Source: an uncultured Ignavibacterium sp.
GTDB lineage: Bacteria > Bacteroidota > Ignavibacteria > Ignavibacteriales > Ignavibacteriaceae
Assembly: GCA_964522885.1 (NCBI GenBank)
Contig: CAZFZE010000010.1
Span: 11,915-75,914, forward strand
Direction: 5' to 3'
DNA length: 64,000 nt
Part shown: positions 46,337 through 56,250 of the stretch, piece by piece
Layout of the letters: the number at the start of each line of letters is the position of its first letter
Position numbering within the stretch: position 1 is the stretch's first letter
Made by a program: the position numbers and the translations under genes
Notes under the pieces: model-generated
Told to the model about the DNA's origin: nothing
What the model saw: the letters and a program-made list of their open reading frames with translations, nothing else
Database searches by the model: none

Positions 46337-47848
46337 TTGGATAATAATTCTCAACTTTCTGTTAATGAATTAATAAAAAGACGTTATGAAGAACTAGATG
46401 AATTGGGCAAAATGGGAATAGAGACTTATGCTTATTCTTTTGACGTAACCTCTGATTCCGAAACAATAAAAAAATCTTATGTTGAAGGAAGTGAATTCAA
46501 TGTAAGTATTGCCGGAAGAATTATGGCGATACGCAGAATGGGTAAAGCTTCTTTCGCACATATTCAGGATCATAAAGGAAGAATTCAGATATATCTTAAA
46601 AAGGATGAAATTGGTGAGTCATACGATGCATTTAAATTAATGGACATTGGTGATATTGTTGGTGTTGAAGGATTTGTGTTTAAAACAAAAACAGGTGAAA
46701 TCTCAGTACACACCCGGAAATTAAAATTATTATCTAAATCCTTACTGCCTTTACCAATTGCTAAAGAAGTTATTGATGAACAGGGTAATAAAGTTATTTA
46801 CGACCAATTTTCTGATAAAGAATTACGCTATAGAAAAAGATATGTGGACTTAATTGTTAATCCCGATATTAAAGACGTTTTTATCAAAAGAAGTAAAATC
46901 ATTTCTGCTTTAAGAGCATTTCTGGATTCAAAAGGTTATCTAGAAGTTGAAACTCCTGTATTACAACCTCTTTATGGTGGTGCTGCTGCACGACCTTTTA
47001 TTACACATCACAATACATTAGATATAGATCTATATCTTAGGATTGCCGATGAACTTTACCTGAAGAGATTAATTGTTGGAGGCTTTAACGGAGTTTATGA
47101 AATTTCAAAAGATTTTAGGAACGAAGGAATGGACCGTTCTCATAATCCGGAATTTACGATGCTCGAATTGTATGTGCCATACAAAGATTATAACTGGATG
47201 ATGGAATTTGTGGAAAAAATGTTTGAGAATGTTTGTACAAACGTATTTAATACATTAACATTTAAAATTGATGACAAAGAAATTAACTTTAAAGCACCGT
47301 GGAAAAGAGTTTCAATGATCGAAGCCATTGAAGATAAAACAGGATTAAATGTGCTTAATTGTTCTCTTGAAGATCTTAAAAAAACTGCAAAAAAGTTTGG
47401 CGTAGATACTGAAGTAATAACAACGAGAGCAAAATTAATTGATGAGCTTTTTAGCTTAACTGTTGAACCTGAACTTATCCAGCCAACATTTATAATTGAT
47501 TATCCCGTTGAACTTTCACCTTTGGCAAAAAAACACCGAAGTAAAGAAGGTATTGTTGAAAGATTTGAAGGATATGTAATGGGACGTGAAATTTGCAATG
47601 CATTCTCGGAACTAAATGACCCCATAGATCAAAGGAAAAGATTTCAAGACCAGGTTAAAATGAAAGAAGAAGGTGATGAAGAAGCCCATCAGATTGATGA
47701 AGATTTTTTGAGGGCTTTGGAATATGGAATGCCACCAACAGCAGGACTTGGAGTGGGAATTGACAGATTAGTAATGCTTTTAACTAATCAACCATCAATA
47801 AGAGATGTTATTTTCTTTCCACAGATGAAACCTGAAATATCAAGTTAA
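46337..47848 (+). CDS. lysS: lysine--tRNA ligase (class II)
   Basis: OB anticodon domain, FRNEG and the [14 protein letters not shown] motif. TTG start. Confidence 0.96.
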   Translation: MDNNSQLSVNELIKRRYEELDELGKMGIETYAYSFDVTSDSETIKKSYVEGSEFNVSIAGRIMAIRRMGKASFAHIQDHKGRIQIYLKKDEIGESYDAFKLMDIGDIVGVEGFVFKTKTGEISVHTRKLKLLSKSLLPLPIAKEVIDEQGNKVIYDQFSDKELRYRKRYVDLIVNPDIKDVFIKRSKIISALRAFLDSKGYLEVETPVLQPLYGGAAARPFITHHNTLDIDLYLRIADELYLKRLIVGGFNGVYEISKDFRNEGMDRSHNPEFTMLELYVPYKDYNWMMEFVEKMFENVCTNVFNTLTFKIDDKEINFKAPWKRVSMIEAIEDKTGLNVLNCSLEDLKKTAKKFGVDTEVITTRAKLIDELFSLTVEPELIQPTFIIDYPVELSPLAKKHRSKEGIVERFEGYVMGREICNAFSELNDPIDQRKRFQDQVKMKEEGDEEAHQIDEDFLRALEYGMPPTAGLGVGIDRLVMLLTNQPSIRDVIFFPQMKPEISS

Positions 47849-48019
47849 ATTAAGTCACACATAATATAGTTTAATTTCATTCAGGTTTTATAATATTCTT
47901 TATATCTAATTTATCATTGGATCAGGTATATTTATTATTAACTCTGTAGATATTTATTTACTTAAATTCTTGCAATAAAATATTATATTGTAATGAAATA
48001 ATAATGGAGTCTTCAAAAA

Positions 48020-49633
48020 ATGTTTAAATCATTAAAGTTTTCTTATCTATTCTTAGCAGTGGTCGCAGGAATTGTACTTGGAATGTCGTTTGATAAGATA
48101 TTTTCCATTGATAATCTTCGGGAAAGCATAAGAAAATTTAATGATGTTTTAACTTTTACTGAAAAATATTACGTTGAAGAAGTTGACACTCAAAAACTTG
48201 TCGAAACTGCAATCAATGGTATGCTTGCCAGTTTAGATCCACATTCAGTTTATATATCACCCGATCAATTTAAGCAAGTAGAAGAGTCATTCCGTGGAGA
48301 TTTTGAAGGAATTGGAATTGAATTTCAGATAGTCAACGATACACTTACCGTAGTTTCCGCAATTTCTGGTGGTCCGAGTGAAGCGTTGGGAATATTACCA
48401 GGAGACAGAATTGTAAAAATTAATGAGGAATCAGTAATTGGAATTAATAACGATGATGTTCGGAAAAAATTACGTGGTAAAGCGGGCACAGAAGTTAAAG
48501 TTACGATTTTAAGAGTTGGTGTTAATAAACCTATAGAGTATAATATTGTACGCGATAAAATTCCTTTATACTCTGTTGATACACATTTTATGATTAACGA
48601 AAACACAGGTTATGTAAGTGTGTCAAGGTTTGCAGAAAATACTTATGATGAACTTGTTGAAGCTTTAAATGATCTTGATAAACATAGAATGAAACAACTG
48701 ATATTAGATTTAAGAGGAAATCCTGGCGGTTATTTAAATCAAGCTGTAAAAATCAGTGATTTGTTTATTAATGACAAGAAGAAAATTGTTTACACTGTCG
48801 GCAGAAGATCCGAATTTGATGAAGTTTATTATGCATCAAAACCATCCAAATTCGAAAATATTCCTTTGATCATCTTAATTAACAGAGGAAGTGCTTCCGC
48901 TAGTGAAATTGTTTCCGGTGCGGTTCAAGATTGGGATCGTGGTTTAATAGTTGGCGAAACTTCTTTTGGTAAAGGTTTAGTTCAGAGACAATTTGAATTA
49001 CCTGATAACTCAGCGCTTCGATTAACAATATCAAAATATTATACCCCTTCAGGCAGATGCATTCAGAGAGATTACAAACATCTGAAAAACAAAAGCGACT
49101 ATTATTCGGAGGTTGACAGTTTATCAAATGAAAACGAAGGTGATAATTTAAGTCATGTTGCAGAACAAGATTCATCTAAACCTGAATACAAAACTTCCAA
49201 AGGTAGAATAGTTTATGGTGGCGGTGGCATTACTCCTGATTACATTGTTAAGTCAGAATATATGACTGATTATACCAGAAATCTTCTAAGAAAAAATCTT
49301 TTCTATACATTTATCCTTGCTTATTTAGATAGAAACGGTGAAGCAATAAAAAATAAATATGGCGATAATCTTGATTCGTTCAGAAAGGATTTCACAATTA
49401 CAGATCAAATGCTGAATGATTTTGTAAATTATGCTAAATCAAAAGAAGTTGAACTAAATAAAAATGATCTGGATAGAGATAAGTTATATATCAAAGCAAG
49501 ATTGAAAGCACAGATTGCAAGAAACTACTGGAAGAATGAAGGATGGTATTCTGTTCTTCTTACGTCAGATGCGCAGTTTAACAAAGCAACAACATTATTT
49601 AATGAAGCTAAACAATTAGAAAATCTTAAGTGA
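48020..49633 (+). CDS. carboxy-terminal processing peptidase (S41) with PDZ domain
   Basis: GIGIEF, PDZ region PGDRIVKIN, LDLRGNPGG and NRGSASASEI. Confidence 0.9.
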   Translation: MFKSLKFSYLFLAVVAGIVLGMSFDKIFSIDNLRESIRKFNDVLTFTEKYYVEEVDTQKLVETAINGMLASLDPHSVYISPDQFKQVEESFRGDFEGIGIEFQIVNDTLTVVSAISGGPSEALGILPGDRIVKINEESVIGINNDDVRKKLRGKAGTEVKVTILRVGVNKPIEYNIVRDKIPLYSVDTHFMINENTGYVSVSRFAENTYDELVEALNDLDKHRMKQLILDLRGNPGGYLNQAVKISDLFINDKKKIVYTVGRRSEFDEVYYASKPSKFENIPLIILINRGSASASEIVSGAVQDWDRGLIVGETSFGKGLVQRQFELPDNSALRLTISKYYTPSGRCIQRDYKHLKNKSDYYSEVDSLSNENEGDNLSHVAEQDSSKPEYKTSKGRIVYGGGGITPDYIVKSEYMTDYTRNLLRKNLFYTFILAYLDRNGEAIKNKYGDNLDSFRKDFTITDQMLNDFVNYAKSKEVELNKNDLDRDKLYIKARLKAQIARNYWKNEGWYSVLLTSDAQFNKATTLFNEAKQLENLK

Positions 49634-50439
49634 AAAAAAAATACTTTGCAATTATTCTATTGTTTGCAGTTTCATTCTACGCTTTTAACAAAAGCGATGA
49701 GAACAAATCTAAATCCGTTTTCCCAAAAAAAATTGAAGTGGGAGAAGATATAACTTATGTCGTAAAATACCTGATGTTTGAAATTGGGGAAGTAAGATTA
49801 AAAGTTATAAAAGAGGAAACATCAGACAGAGATACACTTTTTACTGCCATTGCATATATTGATTCATATCTTGGAATTCCATTTGTTGATTTACATCAAA
49901 TTTATGAAACAAAATTTGACACGAAGCAGACCTCTCATTACTTTAAAGGTACAATATTATCGAAAGATACAACCTTTACAGAGTATAAATTTGATAGTAA
50001 AACAAAAAAAATTAGTATTCTTAAAGGTCGTGAAAGACCATATAAAATATGGACAGATAGTTCAGCCGTTTATGATAGACCATATCAGGATGGGCTATCT
50101 TTATTTTACTTTGCCAGAATGAGAACAGGTAAAAAGGCAAAAGTTGATGCTCCTTGCTTTATTAACGAAAAGTATGAAAAAACATATATAAATTTTTATG
50201 ATAAAGTTGAAGATAAGAGTATTGATGCAGTTAATTATGATATTGCTTGTGTTAGGTTAGATGGTGAAACAGAATTCAGAGGCATTTTTGGTTTAACCGG
50301 ATATTTTGAAGGTTGGTTTTCAAATGATGATCAGGCCGTCCCGATAATTGCTAAAATGCAAGTTATAATTGGAAGTATAACACTTGAATTAAAAGAATGG
50401 AAGAAAAAAGGTTGGACTCCTCCAAAATATACAGACTAG
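49630..50439 (+). CDS. DUF3108-like exported protein
   Basis: Signal peptide and a beta-rich pattern resembling DUF3108. The GTG start overlaps the upstream stop. Confidence 0.5.
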   Translation: MKKKYFAIILLFAVSFYAFNKSDENKSKSVFPKKIEVGEDITYVVKYLMFEIGEVRLKVIKEETSDRDTLFTAIAYIDSYLGIPFVDLHQIYETKFDTKQTSHYFKGTILSKDTTFTEYKFDSKTKKISILKGRERPYKIWTDSSAVYDRPYQDGLSLFYFARMRTGKKAKVDAPCFINEKYEKTYINFYDKVEDKSIDAVNYDIACVRLDGETEFRGIFGLTGYFEGWFSNDDQAVPIIAKMQVIIGSITLELKEWKKKGWTPPKYTD

Positions 50440-50975
50440 ACGAAGAAATAAAATTATTTCCATACAACAATACTTTTCCCAAAATTCATCCATCGGTTTT
50501 TCTAGCTCCAGGTTCCAAAATTATTGGAGATGTTGAAATTGGAAAAGATTCAAGTATTTGGTTTAATGTTGTTATTCGTGGTGATGTACACTATATTAAA
50601 ATAGGTGAGATGACTAATGTGCAAGATATTTCAATGCTGCATGTAACTAATGGGAAATATCCACTTAATATAGGGAGTAAAGTAACTATTGGTCATTCTG
50701 TAAAACTGCATGGTTGTACTCTAATGGATCTTTGTTTAATCGGAATAGGAGCCATAGTATTGGATGGAGCTATTGTGGAGGGAAAATCTATCGTAGCTGC
50801 CGGATCTGTTGTTAAACCAAATTTTGTTGTACCAACAGGTAAATTGGTGGCGGGTGTACCAGCTAAAGTAATCAGGGATCTTACTCCGGAAGAAATTGAA
50901 GATCTTGAAAAATCAGCAAACCGATATAAAGAATATTCGGAAATAACAATAAAATCTTTGCATAATTCTTATTAA
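50397..50975 (+). CDS. gamma-carbonic anhydrase-like / hexapeptide-repeat protein (YrdA/PaaY family)
   Basis: IGDVEIGKDSSIWFNVVIRGDV..I.IG..TNVQD..MLH and left-handed beta-helix repeats. The start is uncertain (ATG 50397 or TTG 50412). Confidence 0.85.
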   Translation: MEEKRLDSSKIYRLDEEIKLFPYNNTFPKIHPSVFLAPGSKIIGDVEIGKDSSIWFNVVIRGDVHYIKIGEMTNVQDISMLHVTNGKYPLNIGSKVTIGHSVKLHGCTLMDLCLIGIGAIVLDGAIVEGKSIVAAGSVVKPNFVVPTGKLVAGVPAKVIRDLTPEEIEDLEKSANRYKEYSEITIKSLHNSY

Positions 50976-50991
50976 AAAGGTAACTATTAGC

Positions 50992-51417
50992 TTGAGAAAT
51001 GTAAGAATATACAATAATTATAATTTTATAAAAAAACAGAAAATTCATTCGCTGATAAAAAATATTTGCGACGAATTGCAAATAAGTATTTCATCACTTG
51101 ATGTGAACTTTGTCTCTGGAAGCAGGATAAAAAATATTAACTCCGAGTATTTGGATCACAATTTCACAACGGATATTATTACATTTAATTACAGTGGAAG
51201 TAATACAGATCTCGATGGAGAAATATTTATTTCTGTTGATGATGCCAGAGAAAATGCCAAAAAATTTAAAGTTAAGCTATCAGAAGAGCTTACAAGATTA
51301 GTGATCCACGGCATATTGCACTTGGCAGGATACGATGATCATAAAAAAAGTGATAAAATAAAAATGAAACGACTGGAAAATAAATTGCTAAATACGTTAA
51401 AATTTATTTTATTATAG
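50992..51417 (+). CDS. ybeY: rRNA maturation endoribonuclease YbeY
   Basis: HGILHLAGYDDH zinc-binding motif. Confidence 0.9.
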   Translation: MRNVRIYNNYNFIKKQKIHSLIKNICDELQISISSLDVNFVSGSRIKNINSEYLDHNFTTDIITFNYSGSNTDLDGEIFISVDDARENAKKFKVKLSEELTRLVIHGILHLAGYDDHKKSDKIKMKRLENKLLNTLKFILL

Positions 51418-51437
51418 GTAGAAAAAATCAATTTAAT

Positions 51438-51468
51438 AACGAATCCTACTTGATTCCGTTTTGTTTAC
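51438..51468 (+). terminator. possible terminator after ybeY
   Basis: AACGAATC / GATTCCGTT stem (one bulge) with a 6-nt loop, followed by TTGTTT. Confidence 0.4.
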
Positions 51469-51552
51469 ATATTTTAACGGATCTTCTATCAAACAAACAA
51501 CTAAAAAAAGTTATAGCAGCATATCACTTATTTCAAAAGAATAATTCACTTT

Positions 51553-52434
51553 ATGATGATTGAAAACTTGATTGAAAATTATCTTTCTGAAATTGGAAAT
51601 GTTCGCAGATATTCTGATAACACTTTAAAAGCTTATAGAATTGATCTGGAAGAGTTTTTAAGCTACTGTAATGAATATGATAAAGTGAACATTGAAATGA
51701 TTTCTGAAAAGTTTTTAAAGTCATATTTGTTTGTACTTAATGATAATAAACTTGATAAGAAATCCATATCAAGAAAATTAGCTGCTATAAGGGGATTATT
51801 TAAATTTGCATATCAAAAAGATCTGATTGAAAAAAACCCTGCTGCATTTATCTCAAATCCAAAGGCAAATAGAAAATTACCTGAAGTCATTTCACTAGAT
51901 TCAATACTTAAGGTTTATAATAAAGCAGATGAGAGTGAAGAAAAGCCTGAACTGATAAAAGTAATTTTTGAAATTCTTTACGGTTGTGCTTTAAGAGTAA
52001 GTGAATTGTGTAATCTCAAATACAGTGACGTGGATTTTTATAAATCGCAAATCAGAGTTTTGGGTAAGGGAAGCAAAATGCGGATTGTTCCGATTGGAGA
52101 CGAATCAATAAAAGTTTTGAATGAATATTTATCGTTAAATCCTGTTACAAGCAATAATGATCCGCTTATCAGAAATAAACAAAATAAACCGATTTATCCA
52201 AGGTATGTTCATCGTTTAGTGAACAAATATTTAGGAAAAGTGTCTGATATAAAAAAGAAAAGCCCACATGTACTGCGTCATAGTGCGGCAACACATATGC
52301 TTGATGAAGGAGCGGATCTTAGGGCAGTAAAAGATATTCTAGGTCATGAAAATCTTTCTACAACACAAATCTATACTCACGTTAGTATAGAACGATTAAA
52401 ATCAACATATAAAAAATCACATCCAAAATCATAG
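51553..52434 (+). CDS. tyrosine recombinase, XerC/XerD family
   Basis: C-terminal LRHSAATHMLDEGADLRAVKDILGHENLSTTQIYTHV (R..H-R-H..Y catalytic pattern). Confidence 0.9.
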   Translation: MMIENLIENYLSEIGNVRRYSDNTLKAYRIDLEEFLSYCNEYDKVNIEMISEKFLKSYLFVLNDNKLDKKSISRKLAAIRGLFKFAYQKDLIEKNPAAFISNPKANRKLPEVISLDSILKVYNKADESEEKPELIKVIFEILYGCALRVSELCNLKYSDVDFYKSQIRVLGKGSKMRIVPIGDESIKVLNEYLSLNPVTSNNDPLIRNKQNKPIYPRYVHRLVNKYLGKVSDIKKKSPHVLRHSAATHMLDEGADLRAVKDILGHENLSTTQIYTHVSIERLKSTYKKSHPKS

Positions 52435-52447
52435 AACGGAGGATAAA

Positions 52448-52750
52448 ATGAACATCCAAATAACAGCAAGAAAGTTCAAAGCTCATACAACGCTTAAGGA
52501 TTACATCAAAGACGAAATATCCTCGCTTAAAAAATTTAACGATGACATATTGAGCGCAGATGTTGTTTTAAGTTATCAGAATAATCAAAACAGTATAAAA
52601 AAAGCTGAAGTAGTGCTAAACATTCCGGGTCAGGTTTTAACTGCCGCTGATCAAACAGAAGATTTTAAAACTGCAATTTCATCAGTAACAGAAAAATTAA
52701 AGAAACAACTTGAAACCATTAAATCGAAAAGAGTATCTAAAAAAAGATGA
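52448..52750 (+). CDS. hpf: ribosome hibernation promoting factor / RaiA family
   Basis: 100 aa with the MNIQITARKF....LKDYI pattern. Confidence 0.85.
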   Translation: MNIQITARKFKAHTTLKDYIKDEISSLKKFNDDILSADVVLSYQNNQNSIKKAEVVLNIPGQVLTAADQTEDFKTAISSVTEKLKKQLETIKSKRVSKKR

Positions 52751-53760
52751 TAAAAATTGATCAAAATTCTATAAAGCATAAGACAGACATTACTGTCGGT
52801 TTTCTTTATGAAAATGCAAAAAATATCTGTAAACTAAAACTTTTAACAGATAAAAATGACTTAGAAAAGAAAATATTTGATCAAAATTTACACCGGCCAG
52901 GATTAGCACTGGCCGGGTTTGTAGAACTTTTCTCATACAATCGTGTCCAGGTTTTTGGCAACACAGAAATGAGATACCTTGAACAATTATCTGATCAACA
53001 AAAAGCGGAATCGTTAGATAGAATCTTTAAGTTTAATATTCCTTGTATAATACTTACGAACGATAATAAACCATTTCCTATTCTTATTGATAAAGCTCAT
53101 CAAAACAGTGTACCATTGTTAAATACCAGCTATTCTACAACTAAATTAATTTATTTACTTAGCGATTTTCTAGATGATCAGTTCTCACCAAGGATGACAA
53201 TTCATGGGTCGTTGGTTGATGTTTATGGTGTAGGTATTCTTTTCGTTGGAAAATCCGGTATTGGTAAAAGTGAAGTTACACTTGACTTGATTGAAAGAGG
53301 ACACAGATTAGTCGGCGATGATGTCATTATTCTAACAAAAAAAGGGGAGGGTATTTTAATTGGTGCTGGGACAAAATTAGGTAAACATTTTATGGAAATT
53401 CGTGGATTAGGTATTATTGATATTCAAAGTATGTTTGGAATAAGAGCTATAAGATATCAGAAAAGACTGGAAATTGTTGTTGAATTGGAAAATTGGGATG
53501 ATAATGCTGAATATACCCGAACAGGCCTTGATGAAAAAACAATATCAATTATGGATGTCGAAATTCCTTATATTAAGCTACCTATTATTCCTGGTAAAAA
53601 CATAACGGTAATTTCGGAGGTAATAAGTCTTAATTACTTGTTAAAACACTATGGTCATAATGCTGCTAAAATTTTCAATGAAAGATTGAATGAAAGGCTT
53701 AGAAATAAAGTGAATTATGAGAGCAGAGGCGTCGAGTATTTTGAACATGATTTTGAATAA
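52747..53760 (+). CDS. hprK: HPr kinase/phosphorylase
   Basis: HG.LVDVYGVGILF.GKSGIGKSE..L.LI.RGH.LV.DD signature. Confidence 0.92.
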   Translation: MIKIDQNSIKHKTDITVGFLYENAKNICKLKLLTDKNDLEKKIFDQNLHRPGLALAGFVELFSYNRVQVFGNTEMRYLEQLSDQQKAESLDRIFKFNIPCIILTNDNKPFPILIDKAHQNSVPLLNTSYSTTKLIYLLSDFLDDQFSPRMTIHGSLVDVYGVGILFVGKSGIGKSEVTLDLIERGHRLVGDDVIILTKKGEGILIGAGTKLGKHFMEIRGLGIIDIQSMFGIRAIRYQKRLEIVVELENWDDNAEYTRTGLDEKTISIMDVEIPYIKLPIIPGKNITVISEVISLNYLLKHYGHNAAKIFNERLNERLRNKVNYESRGVEYFEHDFE

Positions 53761-53779
53761 ATTTTTAATTTTTAGGATA

Positions 53780-53808
53780 TTGACAAAAGATGCTCTAATC
53801 TTTATGTT
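53780..53808 (+). promoter_or_regulatory. sigma70-like promoter for the M23 peptidase gene
   Basis: TTGACA (53780-53785), 17 nt, TATGTT (53803-53808), 13 nt before the ATG region. Confidence 0.45.
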
Positions 53809-53820
53809 GCGACATAATTT

Positions 53821-54741
53821 ATGAAAAAGTTTTATTATTTCTCAGAGAAAAGCCTTAAATTCCTTGAAATAAAGCACTTCAGGGCGAAGCTTATAGCTTA
53901 TTTTATCGCTTCTGTCGTTGTTTTCAGTTCCATTATATTTGGGTTGGTTTATTTCTTATCAAATCTTGGAGGAAATGATAACAAGATATTATCATTGGAG
54001 AAAGAAAATCAAACTCTCAAAGCTAAACTTCTTACCATTTCTGATAATTACACCGACTTGGAAAAAAAACTACAAAGTTTGATCAAATTAAGTAATGATC
54101 TGAGATTAGCTGTAAATCTCGAGCCCATCAGTGATGAGGAAAGGCTTGTAGGTATAGGTGGAAATAAATCCATTGATAATCTTTTCACTGGGGTTCAGCC
54201 TGATGTGCAAAAGACACTTGAAGTAGTTGATGAGGTTACCAGAAAGTTTGAATTTGAAAAATCTCAGTTTGAAGAAATATCACAAAAGTTAAAATCAAAT
54301 CAGCAATTATTTGAGTCCATTCCAGCAATTCTTCCAACTAATGGAAGTTTTAGCAGTAATAGTTATGGTATGAGAATTCATCCTATTTTGCACGTTAAAA
54401 AAATGCATTTAGGGATTGATATTATTGCTAACGTTGGAACACCTGTAAAAGCAGCTGGTAAAGGAAAGGTTACTTTTGTCGGATATAGAGAAGGATTTGG
54501 TCTGACAGTCGAAATAGATCATGGGTTTGGTTATCAAACCATTTATGGTCATCTTTCTTCTGCAAAAGTAAAAGAGGGTAAAACGGTTAATAGGGGTGAT
54601 ATAATTGCGAAAACTGGGAATTCAGGCTTATCTACTGGTCCTCATCTTCATTATGAAGTTTTACACAATGGACAAAACTTAAACCCCGCTGAGTTTTTCT
54701 TTGATGAATACAGTTATTTTGAATCCACAAAAATTAAGTAA
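53821..54741 (+). CDS. M23 (LytM-type) metallopeptidase with N-terminal anchor and coiled coil
   Basis: HLGIDI, GNSGLSTGPHLHYEV. Confidence 0.85.
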   Translation: MKKFYYFSEKSLKFLEIKHFRAKLIAYFIASVVVFSSIIFGLVYFLSNLGGNDNKILSLEKENQTLKAKLLTISDNYTDLEKKLQSLIKLSNDLRLAVNLEPISDEERLVGIGGNKSIDNLFTGVQPDVQKTLEVVDEVTRKFEFEKSQFEEISQKLKSNQQLFESIPAILPTNGSFSSNSYGMRIHPILHVKKMHLGIDIIANVGTPVKAAGKGKVTFVGYREGFGLTVEIDHGFGYQTIYGHLSSAKVKEGKTVNRGDIIAKTGNSGLSTGPHLHYEVLHNGQNLNPAEFFFDEYSYFESTKIK

Positions 54742-54765
54742 ATTTTATCGGAGGGATATTTTTGC

Positions 54766-54987
54766 ATGATCTGGACAGTAGAATTAGCATCATATCTTGA
54801 TGATGCTCCTTGGCCAGCAACTAAAGAAGAATTAATCGAGTATGCCGATCGTATCGGCGCACCCTATGAAGTTATAGAAAATCTTCAGGAGCTCGAAGAC
54901 TCAGATGAGCCCTATGAATCCATTGAGGATATTTGGCCGGATTATCCATCAGATGAAGATTTCTTCTATAATGATGAGGATGAATAA
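54766..54987 (+). CDS. DUF2795-like small acidic protein
   Basis: YLDDAPWPATKEELIEYA...GAP..V...L pattern and an acidic tail. Confidence 0.55.
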   Translation: MIWTVELASYLDDAPWPATKEELIEYADRIGAPYEVIENLQELEDSDEPYESIEDIWPDYPSDEDFFYNDEDE

Positions 54988-54992
54988 GGATT

Positions 54993-55014
54993 GGCGCCTT
55001 GAGCGCCTTTTTTT
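54993..55014 (+). terminator. Rho-independent terminator directly abutting the holB start
   Basis: GGCGC / GCGCC stem (54993-54997 and 55003-55007) plus T7 (55008-55014). The holB ATG is at 55015. Confidence 0.6.
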
Positions 55015-56133
55015 ATGAATAAATTTTTAGATAAAATAATTGGGAATGATAAAGTTAAGTCGATACTTAATGGCATATTAGAAAGTAACAATATACCACA
55101 TGCTTTTCTTTTTACCGGTCCTGAGGGCGTGGGAAAAGAAAACGCTGCAATTAATTTTTCAAAAGCTCTCAATATTTCAAATCATAGTCCTGAAGTTTCA
55201 GAAAAAATAGAATTGACAATTCAAAAACTTTCCGAGCCCTATATAAAATATATTTTTCCATTACCTCGTGGTAAGAATGAGACTGATCAAAATGATCCTT
55301 ATGAAAAGTTTGACAAAGATGAAATGTCAGTTATAAAATCTGAGCTTGAAAATAAATTTAGAAATCCTTTTTACCGGATCCAGATCCCAAAGGCAAATTT
55401 AATAAAGATTAGCAGCATACGTGATATTAAAAAATATTTATCATTCAATTATTCAGATATCAATTATAGGATTGTTCTGATTTCAAGAGCACATCTTATG
55501 AATGAAGAGGCTCAAAATGCATTGTTAAAAAGTTTAGAAGAACCGCCTGAAGGAGTGATTTTTATTTTATGCACTTCCTATCCTGATAAATTAAGAGAAA
55601 CAATAAGATCCAGATGTTGGAATATAAATTTTCAACCACTTAATAATTTAGAGTTGTCCAACATTTTAGTAAAATATTTTGAAGTAGAAGAAAACCTTGC
55701 AAAAGAGGTAACACCTTTTGCAGGTGGTTCAACTCAAGAAGCAATTACTTTGATCGAAAATGATTTTGAAGAAATCAGAGAAAGGACGATAAGGATTTTA
55801 CGAAATTCATTCGGGAAAAGATACAACTCAGCTTACCTGGAATTTGAAGATTTAGTGTCAGATTCAGAGCAGATCAAAATAAGATTAATGATAAAAATGA
55901 TTTTAATCTGGTTAGATGATTTTCAGAAATTCAGATTAAAAAAATATGACAATTTATTTTATACTAAACATCAGGAAACTCTGGAAAAATTTTATTCAAG
56001 ATTTCCTGATATTGGAATTGACAAAGTTGCCTATGATCTAGATAAAATATCATCTTATCTTTCAAATAATATTAATACTAACCTGGCAGTAAGCAATATA
56101 ATATTCCAGTTATCATCTCTGATACCCAACTAA
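55015..56133 (+). CDS. holB: DNA polymerase III delta-prime subunit
   Basis: PHAFLFTGPEGVGKENAA, NALLKSLEEPP and the SRC motif. Confidence 0.85.
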   Translation: MNKFLDKIIGNDKVKSILNGILESNNIPHAFLFTGPEGVGKENAAINFSKALNISNHSPEVSEKIELTIQKLSEPYIKYIFPLPRGKNETDQNDPYEKFDKDEMSVIKSELENKFRNPFYRIQIPKANLIKISSIRDIKKYLSFNYSDINYRIVLISRAHLMNEEAQNALLKSLEEPPEGVIFILCTSYPDKLRETIRSRCWNINFQPLNNLELSNILVKYFEVEENLAKEVTPFAGGSTQEAITLIENDFEEIRERTIRILRNSFGKRYNSAYLEFEDLVSDSEQIKIRLMIKMILIWLDDFQKFRLKKYDNLFYTKHQETLEKFYSRFPDIGIDKVAYDLDKISSYLSNNINTNLAVSNIIFQLSSLIPN

Positions 56134-56250
56134 CTTTTTATTTTTAACAAATTATTCTGATCTTAAAATTTAGTAGCCTGTTTAATCTGATTCTTATTTT
56201 AATTTTTGTTATTTTTCAAAAAACTAAATTAAAATTCTTAAGAGGGAATT

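Noticed and set aside
51553-52434. Tyrosine recombinase as a possible integrase of a mobile element or genomic island.
   Set aside because: Its size and C-terminal motifs match chromosomal XerC/XerD. It sits in a housekeeping block (ybeY, hpf, hprK) with no flanking direct repeats, tRNA target, phage genes or transposon genes.
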